From contig CAWEXO010000005.1 in the NCBI GenBank assembly GCA_963813025.1, positions 32,001 to 96,000 of the forward strand: a stretch of DNA of 64,000 nucleotides, written 5' to 3'. This DNA comes from an uncultured Verrucomicrobiae bacterium. GTDB taxonomy: Bacteria > Verrucomicrobiota > Verrucomicrobiia > Chthoniobacterales > JAFAMB01. A program made the position numbers and the translations under genes. Each line of letters begins with the position of its first letter. The stretch's first letter is position 1. The notes beneath the pieces are model-generated. The model did not search any database, was not told the origin of the DNA, and saw only the letters and a program-made list of their open reading frames with translations. This document shows, one piece after another, positions 1 to 12,000 of this stretch.

Positions 1-3000
1 TTCTGGCCGCTGATCGCCGGAGCGCGACTTGTCGTAGCGCGGCCTGGCGTGCAGGGGGACAGTCGCTATCTGATAGACACTATCTGCAAGCAGGGTATTA
101 CGGTCTTGGAGTTCGTACCTGGATTGCTCTCAGCGCTCCTTGAGGATAAGGACTTTCTGCGTTGTTTATCGCTGCGGCTTGCATTCTGCGGCGGCGAGTG
201 GCTGCCTGTCGATCTGCCGGAGCGCTTTTTCGCGGCGCTACCGCATGCCGAGTTGCATAACGCCTTCGGCCCGACCGAAACGACCATCGACGTGACATTT
301 TGGAAATGCGAGCCCGGGGCGCGCGACAGCAACCCACCGATTGGCCGGCCGATCGCCAACACGCAAGCTTATATTCTGGATCGGGCCATGCAGCCGGTCC
401 CAGTGGGTGTCGCGGGCGAACTCCACATCGCTGGGCTACAGCTCGCACGAGGCTATCTCGGAAGGCCTGACCTAACTGCCGAGAAATTTGTGCCGAATCC
501 ATTTGCGGCGGGACGGCTCTACAAAACCGGCGATCTTTGCCGTTTTCGTTCTGACGGAGCGATTGAATTTCTGGGACGGATCGATCATCAGGTGAAGCTG
601 AGAGGCTTCCGGATTGAGCTGGGGGAGGTTGAGGCCGTGCTCAAGAGACATCCCGCCGTGCGCGAATGCGTCGCAGTGGTGCGAGAGGATGGTACCGAGG
701 CCAACAAGCGTCTGGTAAGTTATGTCGTGGCTAACGGCGTCAGCCCAGAGGAATTTCGCCGACACGCACAAGAGACTCTGGCCGGCTACATGGTACCTTC
801 CGCGTTTGTGTTTTTGGACAAAATCCCCCGGACTTCGAGTGGCAAAGTCGACCGCAAGGCGCTGCCCGCACCGGACTTCGCGGCAGCGGCGAGCGCCTGG
901 CGTGGGCCACGAACACCGCGCGAAGAGATTCTTTGCTCGCTTTTCAGGGAGATTCTTGGGCTGTCCCGGGTGGGGATTGATGACAACTTCTTTAATCTGG
1001 GAGGGGACAGCATCGGCTCAATTCAACTAGTCAGTCGTGCGCGCAAAGCCGGGCTGCTCATCACTCCGCGCGATGTGTTCGAGCATCAGACAGTGGAGGC
1101 GCTGGCTGCAGTGGCGAGCAGGATCAAAGACAGCGAGACACCGGCCCTGACCGGCCCTGAGAGCGGAGCAGGAGCGCTGCCGCCAACCCCGATCATCCAC
1201 CAGCTTTTAGAGCAGGGCGGACCGATCGGGCGTTTCAGCCAATCGATGCTGTTGCAAGTTCCGGCCAACCTTGTTCAGGAGCACCTGGTTGGCGCCTTAC
1301 AGGCTTTGCTCGATCATCATGACGCCTTGCGGCTGCGCCTGGTGCGAGCAGCCGGCTCAGGGGCTGGAAATTGGAGCCTGGAGATTCCGCCGCCCGGGGC
1401 GATCAGGGCGGCAGAGTGCCTTCGCCGGCTCGATGTATCGGGACTGGAAGAGCCCGCGCGCCAAGTGTGTATCAGGGCACAGACGGAGCCGGCCGAGGGC
1501 AGGCTTGCGCCTGAGGCCGGCATCATGGTCCAGGCCGTGTGGTTCGATGCCGGCCCGACTCGGCCGGGGCGGCTCTTATGGGTCATTCACCACCTGGCCG
1601 TTGACGGCGTGTCCTGGCGCATTCTTTTGCCTGATCTGGCTGCGGCCTACCGGGCGATTGAGACCGGTCAGCCGCCAAGGCTGACTCCGTGCGGCACCTC
1701 TTTCCGGCACTGGGCCCAACGGCTCAATGCTCAGGCTAAAGACCCGGCCCGGCTGAGCGAACTCTCCTTCTGGCAAGCAACACTGAGTGCACCAGATTTG
1801 CCGCTGAGTCTCCAAGCCCTCGATCCGGAGCGCGACACCCTCGGTACGGCAGGACGCATTTCCCTGACGTTGCCGGTCTCGGTGACCAGCCAGCTGCTGA
1901 CTGCGGTGCCGGCCGCCTTCCACGGCCGCATCAACGACGTGCTGCTGTGCGCATTAGCGCTGGCCGTCGCTGATTGGCGCCGGCGTCAGCAGCACTCCCA
2001 TAACGGCCATGGTGCCTCACAGAACGGCCACAGTGCCAGTAATACCGTACTGATTGATCTGGAGGGACATGGCCGCCAGGAGGAGAGCTTCGCTGGGGTC
2101 GATCTCTCGCGCACCGTGGGCTGGTTTACTTCCCTGTTCCCGGTTCGTCTCGATCCCGGTACGCTCAATTTGACTGAAGCTTTGGCTGGAGGACCGGCCT
2201 TGGCTCAGGCCCTCAAGCGCATTAAAGAACAGTTGCGCACCCTGCCCGACAACGGCCTTGGCTACGGCTTGTTACGGCATCTTAACCCGGAGGCCGCCGC
2301 CAGCCTTAGTGGACTGGCCACGCCCCAGATCTGCTTTAACTATCTGGGCCGCTTCAGCGTGCCCCAAGCCGCGGACTGGGCGATTGCTCCGGAGGCGGCT
2401 GAACTCGGGGCCGGCGGGGATCCCGCCATGCCTTTTAATTATTGCCTCAGAATTAATGCGGTCACCCATGATCTGGCGGCAGGTCCCCAGTTGACGGCCA
2501 GATGGTCCTGGCCGGGCGCACTATTGTCCAAGGAGGCGGTCAGTGATCTGGCCCAGAGCTGGTTTAGTGCGTTGCAAGCCCTGGTTGATCATGTCGCTCA
2601 GCCGGGAGCCGGCGGACACACTCCTTCGGACTTCCCCCTGGTAGCGCTTACTCAGGTTGAGATTGAACGCCTGGAGGCCGAGCATCCGAAACTGGAAGAT
2701 ATCTGGCCGCTGGCACCTTTGCAGCAAGGCTTACTCTTCCATGCCCTTTATGATACCCAAGGACTCGATGTTTACACCGTCCAAGTGGTGCTTGGGCTGG
2801 AAGGGTCCCTGCAGGAACCAGTACTCCAAGCAGCCGCAAACGCTCTTTTACAGCGCCATGCCAACCTGCGCGCCAGTTTCCAGCATAGCTTTAACCAACC
2901 GCTCCAACTCATCCACTCGGAGGTGTCTTTGCCCTGGCGCACGGTGGATCTTTCGACGCTTGAGCCGGCAGCTGCACGCGAGGAACACTTTGCCCAGCTC

Positions 3001-6000
3001 CTGGCCCAGGATCGCGCTCAACACTTTGATCTGAGCGCTGCTCCCCTCCTGCGCTTTACCCTGGCCCGTTTCGGGCCAGACCAGCATCGGCTCATCCTAA
3101 CCAAGCATCACATCCTTATGGACGGTTGGTCGGGGCCCATCCTGGTTCGGGAACTGTTCACTCTCTATGCCCAAAATGGCAAGAGCAGTGCTCTGCCGCG
3201 AGTGACCCCCTATCGGGATTATCTCGCCTGGCTCGCCGCCCAGGATCAGGCTGCGGCCAGAGCTGCCTGGCAGGCTCAATTGGCTGGGCTCGAGGAGCCG
3301 ACCCGGCTGGCTGCCCCTCACTCGGGACGCGCCCCTGCTGCTCCGGAACGGATCATCCTGGATCTGCCCAAACCACTGACTGAGGCCCTTACCCGGCAGG
3401 CTCGTTCCAACAGCCTGACGCTTAACACCATTTTACAAGGCGCCTGGGCCATCCTCCTGGGGCGTCTGACGGGCCGCGACGATGTGGTCTTTGGCGTCAC
3501 CGTGAGTGGCCGGCCGCCGGAGATCCCCGGCATCGAGTCCATGGTCGGACTCTTCATTAATACTCTCCCCTTGCGCGCTCGATTGCGGTGGAGCGATTCG
3601 CTGATCGAACTTTTCACTCACCTGCAGCAGAATCAGGCTCAGCTTCTGGCCCATCAGCATCTGGGACTGCATGAGATCCAGCGCTTGGCGGGTTTGCGCG
3701 AACTGTTCGATACACTGCTGGTCTTCGAAAACTACCCCATTGAAGGCAGCGCCAAGGGAAAATCCTTTGCCGGCTTACGCCTGACCAGCGCCAAAGGAAC
3801 AGATGCCAGCCACTATCCTCTGAGCCTCGTCGTGGCGCCCGGGGAACGTTTGCGTCTGCGACTCGATTATCGTCCCGATTGCTTCGAGCCCAGCAGCGCT
3901 GAAGCGATCGCTCAACGCCTGGCGCGTTTACTGGAGGCCGTTGTCGCTGATCCGGACCAGGCAATCGGCACGGTGGATCTCCTTGCTCCCCAAGAACGTC
4001 AGCAAATTTTGGTGGACTGGACCCGCACCGAGACCCAATTCCCGCGCGACGCCAGCATTAGCGAGCTTTTGGAGCAGCAAGTCGCCCGGACCCCGGAGGC
4101 AATCGCGATTGAGCATGGCACGACTCGTTGGACCTATCGCGAACTCAATGAGCGAGCCAACCGGCTGGCGCACGCCCTCCGCGACGCAGGGGCAGGCGCA
4201 GAAGCGCTGATCGGCATTTGCCTGGAGCGATCCGCCGAGATGATTGCCGCAATGCTGGCGATCTTGAAGGCCGGGGGTGCTTACGTACCGATCGATCCGG
4301 CCTATCCGGCTGAGCGACGTTCGCTGATGCTTGAGGGTGTTCCGTTGTTAGTGACCACCGGGCAGCTTGCTCAAGAATTTGCCGACTGCACGGCACGGGT
4401 GGTTTGCGTCGATGATCAACGGGTCTTAGCGGCCAGCAGGCAAAACCTGCCCTACGTGACTAACGGCGGCAGTCTCGCCTATGTGATCTACACTTCGGGC
4501 TCGACGGGCCAGCCCAAAGGCGTCGCCATTGTGCACCGCGCGGTGAATCGGCTGGTCATCAACACTAACTACATTGCTCTCGACCAATCGGACGTAGTTG
4601 CCCAAACCTCCAACTGTTGTTTTGACGCGGCGACCTTTGAAATCTGGGGTGCGCTGTTAAACGGCGCGCGTCTGGTCGTGCTCAGCAAGGATCTCACTCT
4701 GTCGCCCGCGAGCTTTCTGAAAGAAATCAAACAGCGTGGGATCACTACCCTTTGGCTCACGACCTCGCTCTTTAATCTGATGGCTCAGCACGAGCCGCGT
4801 GCTTTTGCCGGGCTGCGCAATGTCCTCTTCGGTGGGGAGGCCGCGGACGCGCGCAGTGTGGCTGCGGTACTGAAACAAGGCGCGCCCGGGCGTCTCATCA
4901 ACGGCTATGGGCCGACCGAGACAACGACATTCGCGATCTGCCACGAAGTCCGTTCTGTGCCCGAAGAGGCGGCATCTATCCCCATTGGACGACCGATTTC
5001 CAATACGACGATTTACATCCTCGATGCCCACCAAAATCCTGTGCCGATTGGGGTTGCCGGGGAAATCTACATCGGCGGACCGGGTGTCGCACGAGGCTAT
5101 GTCGGCGCGCCGGAACTGACCGCCGAGCGGTTCCTTCCTGATCGGTTTTCGAGCGAACCCGATGCGCGTCTCTACAGAACGGGCGACCTGGCGCGCTGGT
5201 TACCCGATGGCACCATCGAGTACCTGGGCCGCATTGACCAGCAGGTCAAAATCAGGGGCTTTCGCATTGAACCTGGCGAGATCGAAGCGGCCTTAAAGCA
5301 GCACCCGGCAGTACGCGATGCGGTGGTCGTGGTCGGCGAGCATGCCTCGGGTGATAAGCGTCTGGTGGCCTATGTCGCGGGCGAAGTCTCGGCACTGAAT
5401 GACACCGCGTTACGTGATTTTTTAAAAGCGAAATTGCCCGACTACATGGTGCCTTCGGCCATTGTGGCTTTGGAGAAATTTCCGCTCAACGCCAATGGCA
5501 AGCTGGACCGCCATGCGCTGCCCGAGCCGGATCAAAGCGCCGCGAGCGAGCACTATGTGGCGCCGCGCAACCAACTCGAAGAGCAATTGGTCAAACTGTG
5601 GCAAGAGGTGCTCGGGGTCCAGCCCCTCGGCGTCACCAACGATTTCTTTGCGCTGGGCGGTCACTCGCTGCTGGCGGTACGGATCTTTGCCGCGATCGAA
5701 AGCATTTTTGGAAAGAAACTCCCCTTGGCGACCCTATTCCAAAGCCCGACCATCGAAAAGCTGGCGGCGGCTCTGCGGGAGCAAGGCTGGCAACCGAGCT
5801 GGTCGCCCCTGGTGGCGATCCAGCCGCGCGGACTGCGGCCGCCCTTTTTCGCGGTACACGCCGGCTTGGGCGAAGTGATGTTTTACAGCGAACTGGCACG
5901 GTGCCTGGGTGAGGATCAACCCTTTTACGGCCTTCAGGCCGAAGGCCTGGACGGCGGTCCGATCCGGCATACTTCAATAGAAGCGATCGCGCGCTATTAC

Positions 6001-6789
6001 CTCCAGGAGATTCGTCGAGTCCAGGCGCACGGCCCCTATTTTTTGGGCGGCTATTGTACGGGAGGCCTGGTTGCCTTGGAGATGGCGCAGCAACTCCGCT
6101 CAGCCGGTGAGGACGTAGCTCTACTGGCGCTCTTTGACACCATCCATTCAGAGCAACCGACCCTCCACTCCAGCATTAGCAAGCGAATCCAACTGGCGTT
6201 AGAAGAAGCCCGAGCTCTGCCGCCAAGCGATAAGATGCGCTACTTCGCGCAACGCGCCGCGCACCGGCTGAAATGGGAAGTCTCTAAGCTGCAGAAGACC
6301 GGCTACGATTTGAAAGAGCTGCTTTACAAGATGCGAAAGCCTGACAGGGAAAAAGCTAACGGTGGGCCCTTGCCTCTCAAAATACCGGTCTGGCTGATGC
6401 TACGCCGTGCGCAGTCAGCCTATAAGCCACGCCCTTACCCTGGGCGCATTGTTCTCTTTCGGCCAATAACCTCCGACGGCCGCGAACCGGCTGAAGATCG
6501 CGGCTGGACCGAGATCGCGGAAGGCGGCCTCGAAATTCACGACGTGCCGGGTAAGCATGGAACTCTTTTTGAACCACGCTATGTGTCGTCGCTTGCTGAA
6601 AAATTGGACGCCTGCATCCGAACCGCACGCAACAGCCAGTTGACGTTTTGCAAGACCGACGAGTCGAAAAAGTGCGCTGAAACCATCACCCTGAGACACG
6701 AAGCAAAATTAATCTCTGAAAAAATTCTTTTACCGGCCTACACATCTTCAGCATCCAAGGGATCCTCCGAGTGCGGCTCATCCGAATAG
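1..6789 (+). CDS. NRPS, 5'-truncated by window edge: A(partial)-T-E-C-A-T-TE
   Basis: Frame is open from base 1 (FWPLIAGARL...). Motifs: YKTGD; T GGDSI (typical before an E domain); E HHLAVDGVSW/EGHGR/RTVGWF/FNYLG; C HHILMDGWS; A YTSGSTGQPKG; T LGGHSL; TE GYCTGG. By-eye code of the last A domain is DAFWLGGTFK (Val-like). Confidence 0.96.
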   Translation, partial: FWPLIAGARLVVARPGVQGDSRYLIDTICKQGITVLEFVPGLLSALLEDKDFLRCLSLRLAFCGGEWLPVDLPERFFAALPHAELHNAFGPTETTIDVTFWKCEPGARDSNPPIGRPIANTQAYILDRAMQPVPVGVAGELHIAGLQLARGYLGRPDLTAEKFVPNPFAAGRLYKTGDLCRFRSDGAIEFLGRIDHQVKLRGFRIELGEVEAVLKRHPAVRECVAVVREDGTEANKRLVSYVVANGVSPEEFRRHAQETLAGYMVPSAFVFLDKIPRTSSGKVDRKALPAPDFAAAASAWRGPRTPREEILCSLFREILGLSRVGIDDNFFNLGGDSIGSIQLVSRARKAGLLITPRDVFEHQTVEALAAVASRIKDSETPALTGPESGAGALPPTPIIHQLLEQGGPIGRFSQSMLLQVPANLVQEHLVGALQALLDHHDALRLRLVRAAGSGAGNWSLEIPPPGAIRAAECLRRLDVSGLEEPARQVCIRAQTEPAEGRLAPEAGIMVQAVWFDAGPTRPGRLLWVIHHLAVDGVSWRILLPDLAAAYRAIETGQPPRLTPCGTSFRHWAQRLNAQAKDPARLSELSFWQATLSAPDLPLSLQALDPERDTLGTAGRISLTLPVSVTSQLLTAVPAAFHGRINDVLLCALALAVADWRRRQQHSHNGHGASQNGHSASNTVLIDLEGHGRQEESFAGVDLSRTVGWFTSLFPVRLDPGTLNLTEALAGGPALAQALKRIKEQLRTLPDNGLGYGLLRHLNPEAAASLSGLATPQICFNYLGRFSVPQAADWAIAPEAAELGAGGDPAMPFNYCLRINAVTHDLAAGPQLTARWSWPGALLSKEAVSDLAQSWFSALQALVDHVAQPGAGGHTPSDFPLVALTQVEIERLEAEHPKLEDIWPLAPLQQGLLFHALYDTQGLDVYTVQVVLGLEGSLQEPVLQAAANALLQRHANLRASFQHSFNQPLQLIHSEVSLPWRTVDLSTLEPAAAREEHFAQLLAQDRAQHFDLSAAPLLRFTLARFGPDQHRLILTKHHILMDGWSGPILVRELFTLYAQNGKSSALPRVTPYRDYLAWLAAQDQAAARAAWQAQLAGLEEPTRLAAPHSGRAPAAPERIILDLPKPLTEALTRQARSNSLTLNTILQGAWAILLGRLTGRDDVVFGVTVSGRPPEIPGIESMVGLFINTLPLRARLRWSDSLIELFTHLQQNQAQLLAHQHLGLHEIQRLAGLRELFDTLLVFENYPIEGSAKGKSFAGLRLTSAKGTDASHYPLSLVVAPGERLRLRLDYRPDCFEPSSAEAIAQRLARLLEAVVADPDQAIGTVDLLAPQERQQILVDWTRTETQFPRDASISELLEQQVARTPEAIAIEHGTTRWTYRELNERANRLAHALRDAGAGAEALIGICLERSAEMIAAMLAILKAGGAYVPIDPAYPAERRSLMLEGVPLLVTTGQLAQEFADCTARVVCVDDQRVLAASRQNLPYVTNGGSLAYVIYTSGSTGQPKGVAIVHRAVNRLVINTNYIALDQSDVVAQTSNCCFDAATFEIWGALLNGARLVVLSKDLTLSPASFLKEIKQRGITTLWLTTSLFNLMAQHEPRAFAGLRNVLFGGEAADARSVAAVLKQGAPGRLINGYGPTETTTFAICHEVRSVPEEAASIPIGRPISNTTIYILDAHQNPVPIGVAGEIYIGGPGVARGYVGAPELTAERFLPDRFSSEPDARLYRTGDLARWLPDGTIEYLGRIDQQVKIRGFRIEPGEIEAALKQHPAVRDAVVVVGEHASGDKRLVAYVAGEVSALNDTALRDFLKAKLPDYMVPSAIVALEKFPLNANGKLDRHALPEPDQSAASEHYVAPRNQLEEQLVKLWQEVLGVQPLGVTNDFFALGGHSLLAVRIFAAIESIFGKKLPLATLFQSPTIEKLAAALREQGWQPSWSPLVAIQPRGLRPPFFAVHAGLGEVMFYSELARCLGEDQPFYGLQAEGLDGGPIRHTSIEAIARYYLQEIRRVQAHGPYFLGGYCTGGLVALEMAQQLRSAGEDVALLALFDTIHSEQPTLHSSISKRIQLALEEARALPPSDKMRYFAQRAAHRLKWEVSKLQKTGYDLKELLYKMRKPDREKANGGPLPLKIPVWLMLRRAQSAYKPRPYPGRIVLFRPITSDGREPAEDRGWTEIAEGGLEIHDVPGKHGTLFEPRYVSSLAEKLDACIRTARNSQLTFCKTDESKKCAETITLRHEAKLISEKILLPAYTSSASKGSSECGSSE
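841..4020 (+). repeat. ~3.2 kb direct repeat copy 1 (T-E-C block), paired with 11947-15100
   Basis: Near-identical DNA. Alternative-frame ORFs recur verbatim at offset 11082 (e.g. 2657..3034 and 13739..14116). A 24-nt indel lies near 1985-2030. Confidence 0.95.
5560..6630 (+). repeat. ~1.07 kb direct repeat copy 1 (T-TE block), paired with ~16641-17712
   Basis: High DNA and protein similarity from RN(Q/E)LEEQL through KLDACIRTAR. Confidence 0.9.
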
Positions 6790-7048
6790 TCTCGGTAAAA
6801 GAGTTGTAAACATGTTTTCTGAAGTGGGCCCGGGCGGGAGACGGTTTTGAGTCGGATTCCTTGTGCGTCGAACGCGCAACAACATTCACCGGGCGTTCCT
6901 AACTCCTGCGCATTTCTCACCGTTTATCCAAAGAATCGCGCGTCCGGAACAATACGCCACCTTCGTGCGGAGAGGAAAAATATGGCGGAAATGTCACGCG
7001 AATTCGCTCAGGTTGTCCTGCAGCAGACCGTAAATTCAGGTTAGCCAT

Positions 7049-8980
7049 ATGACAATGCTAAGTCGCACGAAAGGCGGTGCAACGACCGCCGAAGCTGGTG
7101 GTGACGTGAAAATCTCAGAGCTGCCGCTGCTCGATGAGATGCTGTTCGAGTGGAACAAAAACTCACGCGACTATCCCGCGGACGTCTGCTTGCACGAATT
7201 GATCGAGGCGCAGGTCGAACGAACTCCCGACGCGATCGCGCTGGTCTTCGAGGATGAATCGCTCAGTTATAGAGAGCTGAACCGGCGCGCGAACCGGCTC
7301 GCCTATCGCTTGCGGGAGGTTGGTGTCGGACCCGAAGTAATCGTCGGAATCTTCGCCGAGCGCTCGCTAGCGATGATTGTCGGCCTCTTGGCTACGTTAA
7401 AGGCCGGCGGCGCCTATCTGCCGCTTGATCTCGATTACCCGCTCGAGCGTCTGGCATTTATGCTTGGAGACGCAAAGCCGCTGCTTGTGCTCACGCAACG
7501 CGACCGGCAAACAGCGTTTCCGCCGCATACCGCCGGGATTATTTGCCTGGATGAAGATTTCGACGCTGCTAACGAGGCAAATTTGGCCAGCGGCGTCCGG
7601 GCCGAAAACCTGGCTTATGTGCTCTACACTTCCGGGTCAACAGGTCAGCCAAAGGGCGTAATGATCACGCACCGAGCTATCTGTAACCGGTCACTCTGGG
7701 TTCAGGAGAAATTTCATCTTACCTCTGATGATTGCATGATGCTAAAGGCGCCGTTGACCTACGATGTGTCCGTCAGCGAAATATTCTGGCCGCTGAGCGC
7801 GGGGGCGCGGCTTTTGCTGGCGCGGCCTGGCCTGCAGGGGGACAGCCGGTACCTCATCGAGACGGTTTGCAAGAACACTGTTACCACCTTGAACTTCGCA
7901 CCGGCAATGCTCGCGGCGCTTCTCGAGGATAAAGAAGTCGGGCGGTGTTTATCGCTGCGACGAGTTTTTTCCGGCGGCGAAAGACTGCCGTTCGATCTGC
8001 CGGAGCGCTTTTTCGCGGCGCTACCACATGCCGAGCTGCATAACGCCTACGGTCCGACCGAAACGACCATCGACGTGACATATTGGAAATGCAAACCCGG
8101 GACGCGTGACAGCAATCCGCCGATTGGTCTCCCGCACGCAAACACGCAAACTTACGTTCTTGATCGGGCTATGCAGCCGGTTCCAGCAGGTGACGCTGGC
8201 GAACTCCACATCGGCGGCGTGCAACTCGCGCGAGGCTATCTGGGCAGGCCCGAGCTGACTGCCGAGAAATTTGTGCCGAATCCATTCGACGAAGGACGAC
8301 TTTATAAAACGGGTGACCTCGCGCGCTATAGGTCCGATGGCGCAATCGAGTATCTGGGGCGCATCGATTCTCAGGTGAAATTGCGCGGATTTCGTATCGA
8401 GCTTGGCGAGGTCGAGGCGGTGCTCAATGCACATCCCGCCGTGCGTGATTGCGTGGCGCTGCTGCGCGAAACCGGGTCAAGCAGCCGGTTGGTCGGATAC
8501 ATTGTAGCCAGCGGTGTCACGTCTCCTGATTTGCGGCAGTACGCGAAAAAGAGTTTACCCGATTTTATGGTGCCTTCGGCGTTTGTTTTCCTTGAAAAGC
8601 TACCGCTGATGGCAAACGGAAAACTTGATCGGCGCGCGCTGCCAGAACCCGAGCAGCGGAGTCAGCCATTTGTCGAGCCACGCACGCCTTTAGAACAGAA
8701 AGTGGCGAAAATCTGGGAGGATGCCCTGGGCATCGACAGTGTGGGCGCACACGACAATTTCTTCGAACTCGGTGGCCATTCCCTTTCCGCCCTTGGTGTG
8801 GCGAATCAGTTACGCGATTTGGCTGGCGGTCAAGTGTCGTTGGGGTTGGTCCTCCGGGCACCTACCGTCGCGCAGCTCGCGGAACTGCTCGAACAAAAGT
8901 ACTTCGGTAAAACGGCGTCAAAGCTCACCATTGCGACGAAGCAAGGGAATGACCGAAAGATCATGAAGTTGCCCCGTTAA
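7049..8980 (+). CDS. Stand-alone NRPS adenylation-thiolation (A-T) protein
   Basis: LKAGGAYLPLD, YTSGSTGQPKG, YGPTE, YKTGD and NGKLDR, then T FFELGGHSL. No C or TE domain. By-eye code DVSNFGAIDK, substrate unassigned. Confidence 0.93.
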   Translation: MTMLSRTKGGATTAEAGGDVKISELPLLDEMLFEWNKNSRDYPADVCLHELIEAQVERTPDAIALVFEDESLSYRELNRRANRLAYRLREVGVGPEVIVGIFAERSLAMIVGLLATLKAGGAYLPLDLDYPLERLAFMLGDAKPLLVLTQRDRQTAFPPHTAGIICLDEDFDAANEANLASGVRAENLAYVLYTSGSTGQPKGVMITHRAICNRSLWVQEKFHLTSDDCMMLKAPLTYDVSVSEIFWPLSAGARLLLARPGLQGDSRYLIETVCKNTVTTLNFAPAMLAALLEDKEVGRCLSLRRVFSGGERLPFDLPERFFAALPHAELHNAYGPTETTIDVTYWKCKPGTRDSNPPIGLPHANTQTYVLDRAMQPVPAGDAGELHIGGVQLARGYLGRPELTAEKFVPNPFDEGRLYKTGDLARYRSDGAIEYLGRIDSQVKLRGFRIELGEVEAVLNAHPAVRDCVALLRETGSSSRLVGYIVASGVTSPDLRQYAKKSLPDFMVPSAFVFLEKLPLMANGKLDRRALPEPEQRSQPFVEPRTPLEQKVAKIWEDALGIDSVGAHDNFFELGGHSLSALGVANQLRDLAGGQVSLGLVLRAPTVAQLAELLEQKYFGKTASKLTIATKQGNDRKIMKLPR

Positions 8981-9058
8981 CCGGTACAGGCGCAACTGGG
9001 ATATCTTCCCCGCGCTCCACCGGCCGTGCCTTGATAGATGATGTAATTACACAACTTT

Positions 9059-12000
9059 ATGAACGCCTCCCTTCAAGATCAGCAACACGCCGAAGCTGAC
9101 CCTGCAGACAAAGTCTTTTTTTTCCCTCATTTGCACAAGAAGGGTTGTGGTTCGTTAACCAGCTTCAGCCGCATAGCGCAGCCTATAATCTGCCCTCTGC
9201 AATGCGAATCGTGGGAGAGCTGAATCTCGAAGCATTAGAAAGTAGTCTAAACAAGATCGTCGAACGTCATGAGACTCTGCGCACTACGTTCCGCGCAATC
9301 GACGGTCAGCCGATGCAGGTAATCGCGCCGGCGCGCGAGCTGAGACTGCCAATTACTGATTTGCGCGGATTGGAACCTCTTGCGTGTGTGGAAGAGGAGC
9401 GTCGCCTGATTGCTGAGGAAGCAGGGACGCCATTCGACCTGGCGCGCGGTCCGTTGATGCGGGTCAGATTGCTTCGCAGCGGCGACCGAAAGCACCTGCT
9501 GGTTACCACCCTGCACCACATCATTACCGATGAGCGGTCGAATGACTTGTTCATGCGCGAGTTGATCGCGGGCTATGAGGCATTTGCCGAAGGCCGCGAA
9601 CCGGATTTACCTGAGTTACCAATTCAGTATGCCGATTTCGCCCAATGGCAGCGGGAGTTCTTGCAAGACGGTGTACTCGAAGACCAGCTCGGGTACTGGC
9701 GAGAGAAACTGGCCGATCTACCGGTCCTTCAATTACCCATCGATCGTCAGCGTCCCCCCGTGCAGAGCTTCCGCGGGGGATCTGAATCAATCGATCTGCC
9801 AATCGACCTAACCAATGCGCTGAGGGCATTGAGCCGGCGGGAGGGGGCCACGGTTTTTATGACGTTGCTGACGGCATTCAAAGCATTGCTGGCGTGTTAC
9901 ACTAACCAGGAGGACATCGCAGTAGGCTCTCCGATTACAAATCGCACCCGTGCAGAGACAGAAAACCTGATTGGATTTTTCGTAAATACGCTCGTTCTGC
10001 GAACCGCCCTCGACGGGGATCCCAGCTTTTGCGAGGCCCTGGGACGCGTACGCGAAACGGCGCTTGACGCGTTCGAACATCAGGAGGTGCCATTCGACAC
10101 GCTCGTCCAGGCGTTAGCTCCTGAGCGACATTTCAACCAGAACCCGCTGTTCCAGGTGATGTTTGTGGTGCTGAACACCCGTCCCGAGAGGCTGCGGATG
10201 CACGATTTGATCCTGAGTCCAATCCCAATTGAGGATCCCTCTGCAAGATTTGATCTGACGATGTTTCTGTTTGAGGGGCTGGAGGGCATTCATGGATCGC
10301 TGGCCTATAGCGTCGATCTGTTTGAGGCGGTCACCATCCGGCGCATGGCCGGCCATTTCCGGAAGTTGCTGGAAGGGATCGTCGCCAATCCGAATGCGCG
10401 GCTTTCGGAACTGCGAATCCTCACGGTGGCTGAGGAGGAACAAATCGTTGTTCAGTGGAACCGAACCCAAACGGAGTTTGCTTGCCGGGCCAGCATTGAA
10501 GAGCTTTTTGAGGCAAATGTAAGCAAAACCCCTGAGGCCATCGCGCTCGAGTATGGAACCACCAGTTGGACCTATCGCCAATTGAACGAGCGCTCCAATC
10601 AACTCGCACATTATCTTCGCTCATTGGGTGTAGGTCCGGAGGTTTTGGTAGGAATCTGTGTCGAGCGCTCCCCGGATATGGTGGTGGGGCTGCTTGCTAC
10701 ACTCAAAGCCGGCGGCGCCTATGTGCCCTTGGACCCCGCCTATCCCCAAGAACGATTGGCATTTATGCTCCAGGACAGTCGAGCTCCTGTGCTCCTCACC
10801 CAAGCCCGCTTGATCGAGCGTTTGCCCTCGCACCAGTCGCGAGTTGTTTGTCTTGATTCCGATTGGCCCCAAATTGCCCAACACGGTACAGCAAATGTCG
10901 CCGTCGACACGCATCCCGAGCACTTGGCCTATGTGATCTACACTTCCGGCTCGACGGGCAAACCGAAGGGTGTACTAATCGACCGGAGGGCGATTACAAA
11001 TCAGCTGTTGTGGAGAATCGGGCAGTACGGTCTGGATTCCCGAGACGTTTTCTTACAAAAGACCACCTTCACCTTTGATGTCTCTGTTTGGGAACTGTTA
11101 TTGCCGCCGATGCTGGGCGCCAGGATGGTTCTGCTGCGGCCCGGAGCGGAGAAAGAGCCCTTGGAATTGGCTGCAGCGATCGAACGCAGTCAGGTTTCGG
11201 TGATTCATTTTGTGCCTTCGATGTTAGCTGTGTTCCTGGAATCCCTCGAGGCCAAACGATTGTTGGGAACTCTGCGGCGTTGTTTTTGCGGGGGAGAATT
11301 CCTGACGCCAGAGCTGACGAAAAGATTCTTTGATCAGTTTGGGGATCGCACCGAACTGCATAATCTTTACGGCCCGACCGAGACTGCCATCGACGTGACC
11401 TTTTATCCGGTGAGTTCGCCCGAGGACACAATCCCGATCGGACGACCCGTTGCCAACACCAGCATCTATCTCCTGGACAGGAATAAACGGCCGGTACCCA
11501 TCGGGGTAGCCGGGGAATTGTGCATCGGTGGGGTCCAGGTCGCGCGCGGATACCTGAACCGGCCGGAACTGACGGCCGAACGTTTCATCGCTAACCCGTT
11601 TAAGGCTGGAGAACGGCTGTACCGGAGCGGCGACCTGGCACGATGGCGCGCCGACGGCAATATCGAGTACCTGGGACGAATGGATCATCAGGTAAAAATT
11701 CGCGGCTTTCGCATCGAGCTCGGGGAGATCGAGGCAGCACTGCTTCGTCATGCTGATATTACCCAGGCGGCTGTTGTTGTCCGTGAGGATCATCCGGGTG
11801 AAAAGCGGCTGATTGGCTACGTTATACCCGCGAATGCTCAAAGTATCGATCCTGCGGCGTTACGCGCCCAACTCGGCAAAAGCCTGCCCAACTACATGGT
11901 GCCGGCGGCGATTGTCGTACTGGAGAAGTTGCCACTCAATGCCAATGGCAAAGTCGACCGCAAGGCGCTGCCCGCACCGGACTTCGCGGCAGCGGCGAGC